Of a DNA stretch of 64,000 nucleotides, positions 63,131-64,000 are shown piece after piece (the stretch's first letter is position 1; every line of letters begins with the position of its first letter). Source of the stretch: an uncultured Solibacteraceae bacterium. GTDB lineage: Bacteria > Acidobacteriota > Terriglobia > Bryobacterales > Bryobacteraceae. The notes under the pieces are model-generated. The model made no database searches. It was not told where the DNA came from and saw nothing but the letters and a program-made list of their open reading frames with translations. A program made the position numbers and the translations under genes. The DNA lies in assembly GCA_963853855.1 (NCBI GenBank), contig CAWKYG010000039.1, forward strand, positions 6,943 to 70,942, given 5' to 3'.

Positions 63131-63226
63131 TCAGTTAAGTCTTGGTCTAGAGTCTCGACGCATCACGACCATCAGTATACGCGGGCCACGGTCGGAAAAC
63201 GGCGTTTCTGGAAACAATGGCGAGTT

Positions 63227-63889
63227 CTACTCAAGAGGCCGGATACCGCCGACAATGTCGTAGAAGGTGTTGAGTTCCTCTTCACGGCCATTGAATGTCG
63301 CAGAGAAATCGTTGCGAGGTATGTTCGCTGTCGTCCTGCAGAAAACAGACCAGCCTGCCAAACCTCGGGGTGAGTACGGCCGAAATTGCCAACAAGTCAA
63401 TTCAGCACTTCCCACGCCAAACTTCCTAGTCAGAACCCGAAGGTCAACTCCTTTGGTCTTGGCATCATCAACGGTAGCTTCGAGGCTGTAACCAGGGTAG
63501 TTCATGAAGGTCATCCACGAGAGCTGCTTCTCTCTAAATATGTAAAGCGGTGGCAGCAGAAGATGCGTAGGGCTTAGGCCGAATCGGCCCATTCCGGTGC
63601 GGCTCCCGATTACATAGTATCCCGAGGTGTCCTCGAGCGGCCCTGGCACTGGGATGATCATAAAGGTCCAAGGGATAGGCACCCTATAGTGCTGTAGGTA
63701 CTGCGAACTTGGGTGCACTAAGTGGGTGGCAATGGGAAAGAAGAATAGAACCCATCCAGCCGCTAGGCTCGGGATCCAGACCAGGATATGCAAGGCAATC
63801 CGTCTGCACTTCCAGCGGACTGGATGCAGCCTACGTTCAGCCCTGCTCCTCGCCCAGCCTATGGGGTCAGCGTGCGCCATACGCACCAT
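63227..63889 (-). CDS. hypothetical membrane-anchored protein
   Basis: 220-aa ORF with one clear TM segment (IALHILVWIPSLAAGWVLFFFPI), in low-GC DNA. No motif recognised. Confidence 0.4.
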   Translation of the reverse strand: MVRMAHADPIGWARSRAERRLHPVRWKCRRIALHILVWIPSLAAGWVLFFFPIATHLVHPSSQYLQHYRVPIPWTFMIIPVPGPLEDTSGYYVIGSRTGMGRFGLSPTHLLLPPLYIFREKQLSWMTFMNYPGYSLEATVDDAKTKGVDLRVLTRKFGVGSAELTCWQFRPYSPRGLAGWSVFCRTTANIPRNDFSATFNGREEELNTFYDIVGGIRPLE

Positions 63890-64000
63890 ACTGTAGCGCA
63901 GCTCGGGGCGTTGTGGACAAAAGACGGCGTTTCTGGAAAGTGGCTAACCGTGGGTCTCGAAAGCGGACCGGGGCAGACCAGATTGACGGATGCTGTGCAG

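Noticed and set aside
1-64000. tRNA, rRNA, tmRNA, RNase P or known riboswitch sequences in intergenic regions.
   Set aside because: Visual inspection of all intergenic stretches longer than 60 nt showed no cloverleaf-compatible or otherwise recognisable conserved RNA sequence. A tRNAscan or Infernal run would be needed for certainty.

Overview
High-GC bacterial chromosomal segment, roughly 63-66 % GC by eye and dropping to about 50 % after position 61240. The gene content suggests Acidobacteriota of the Solibacter/Bryobacter type (inference). It includes two TIGR03435-family proteins, three CarboxypepD_reg-type TonB-dependent receptors of 1080-1215 codons, many secreted S9/M13/M14 peptidases, squalene-hopene cyclase and futalosine-pathway genes. 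I can support about 50 genes. I saw no rRNA, tRNA or CRISPR array. Most long antisense ORFs in the six-frame track are high-GC shadow ORFs. Main observations: (1) An IS200-like/RAYT tyrosine-transposase gene is bracketed by perfect inverted doublets of a 22-nt repeat (39588-40461). (2) A low-GC island starts at about 61235 and truncates a gene that is start/stop-coupled to a hybrid histidine kinase. The island carries a 315-aa protein with an Rx5H (HEPN/DUF4145-like) tail, a small membrane protein, a decayed IS200 tnpA and another orphan membrane protein. (3) A single ORF fuses a UbiA-type prenyltransferase to an MqnE/MqnC-type radical-SAM enzyme. (4) A divergent locus could make phosphorus-free lipids: an NPP-type phosphodiesterase coupled to a GT28 glycolipid synthase, opposite an OlsF-like bifunctional aminolipid synthase. 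(5) A TonB-receptor unit is tandemly duplicated together with its promoter and terminator, and a Phd/PIN toxin-antitoxin cassette lies between the copies, bracketed by 19-bp direct repeats. (6) A structured intergenic element of about 115 nt occurs twice. (7) Frameshifts are distributed very unevenly. Two M14 peptidase paralogs, an amidohydrolase, an amidase, shc and yceH are broken many times, while about 30 kb of other genes is intact. This means either localized consensus indel errors or real gene decay, and I cannot tell which from the sequence alone. All product calls come from motif recognition by eye; no searches were run.
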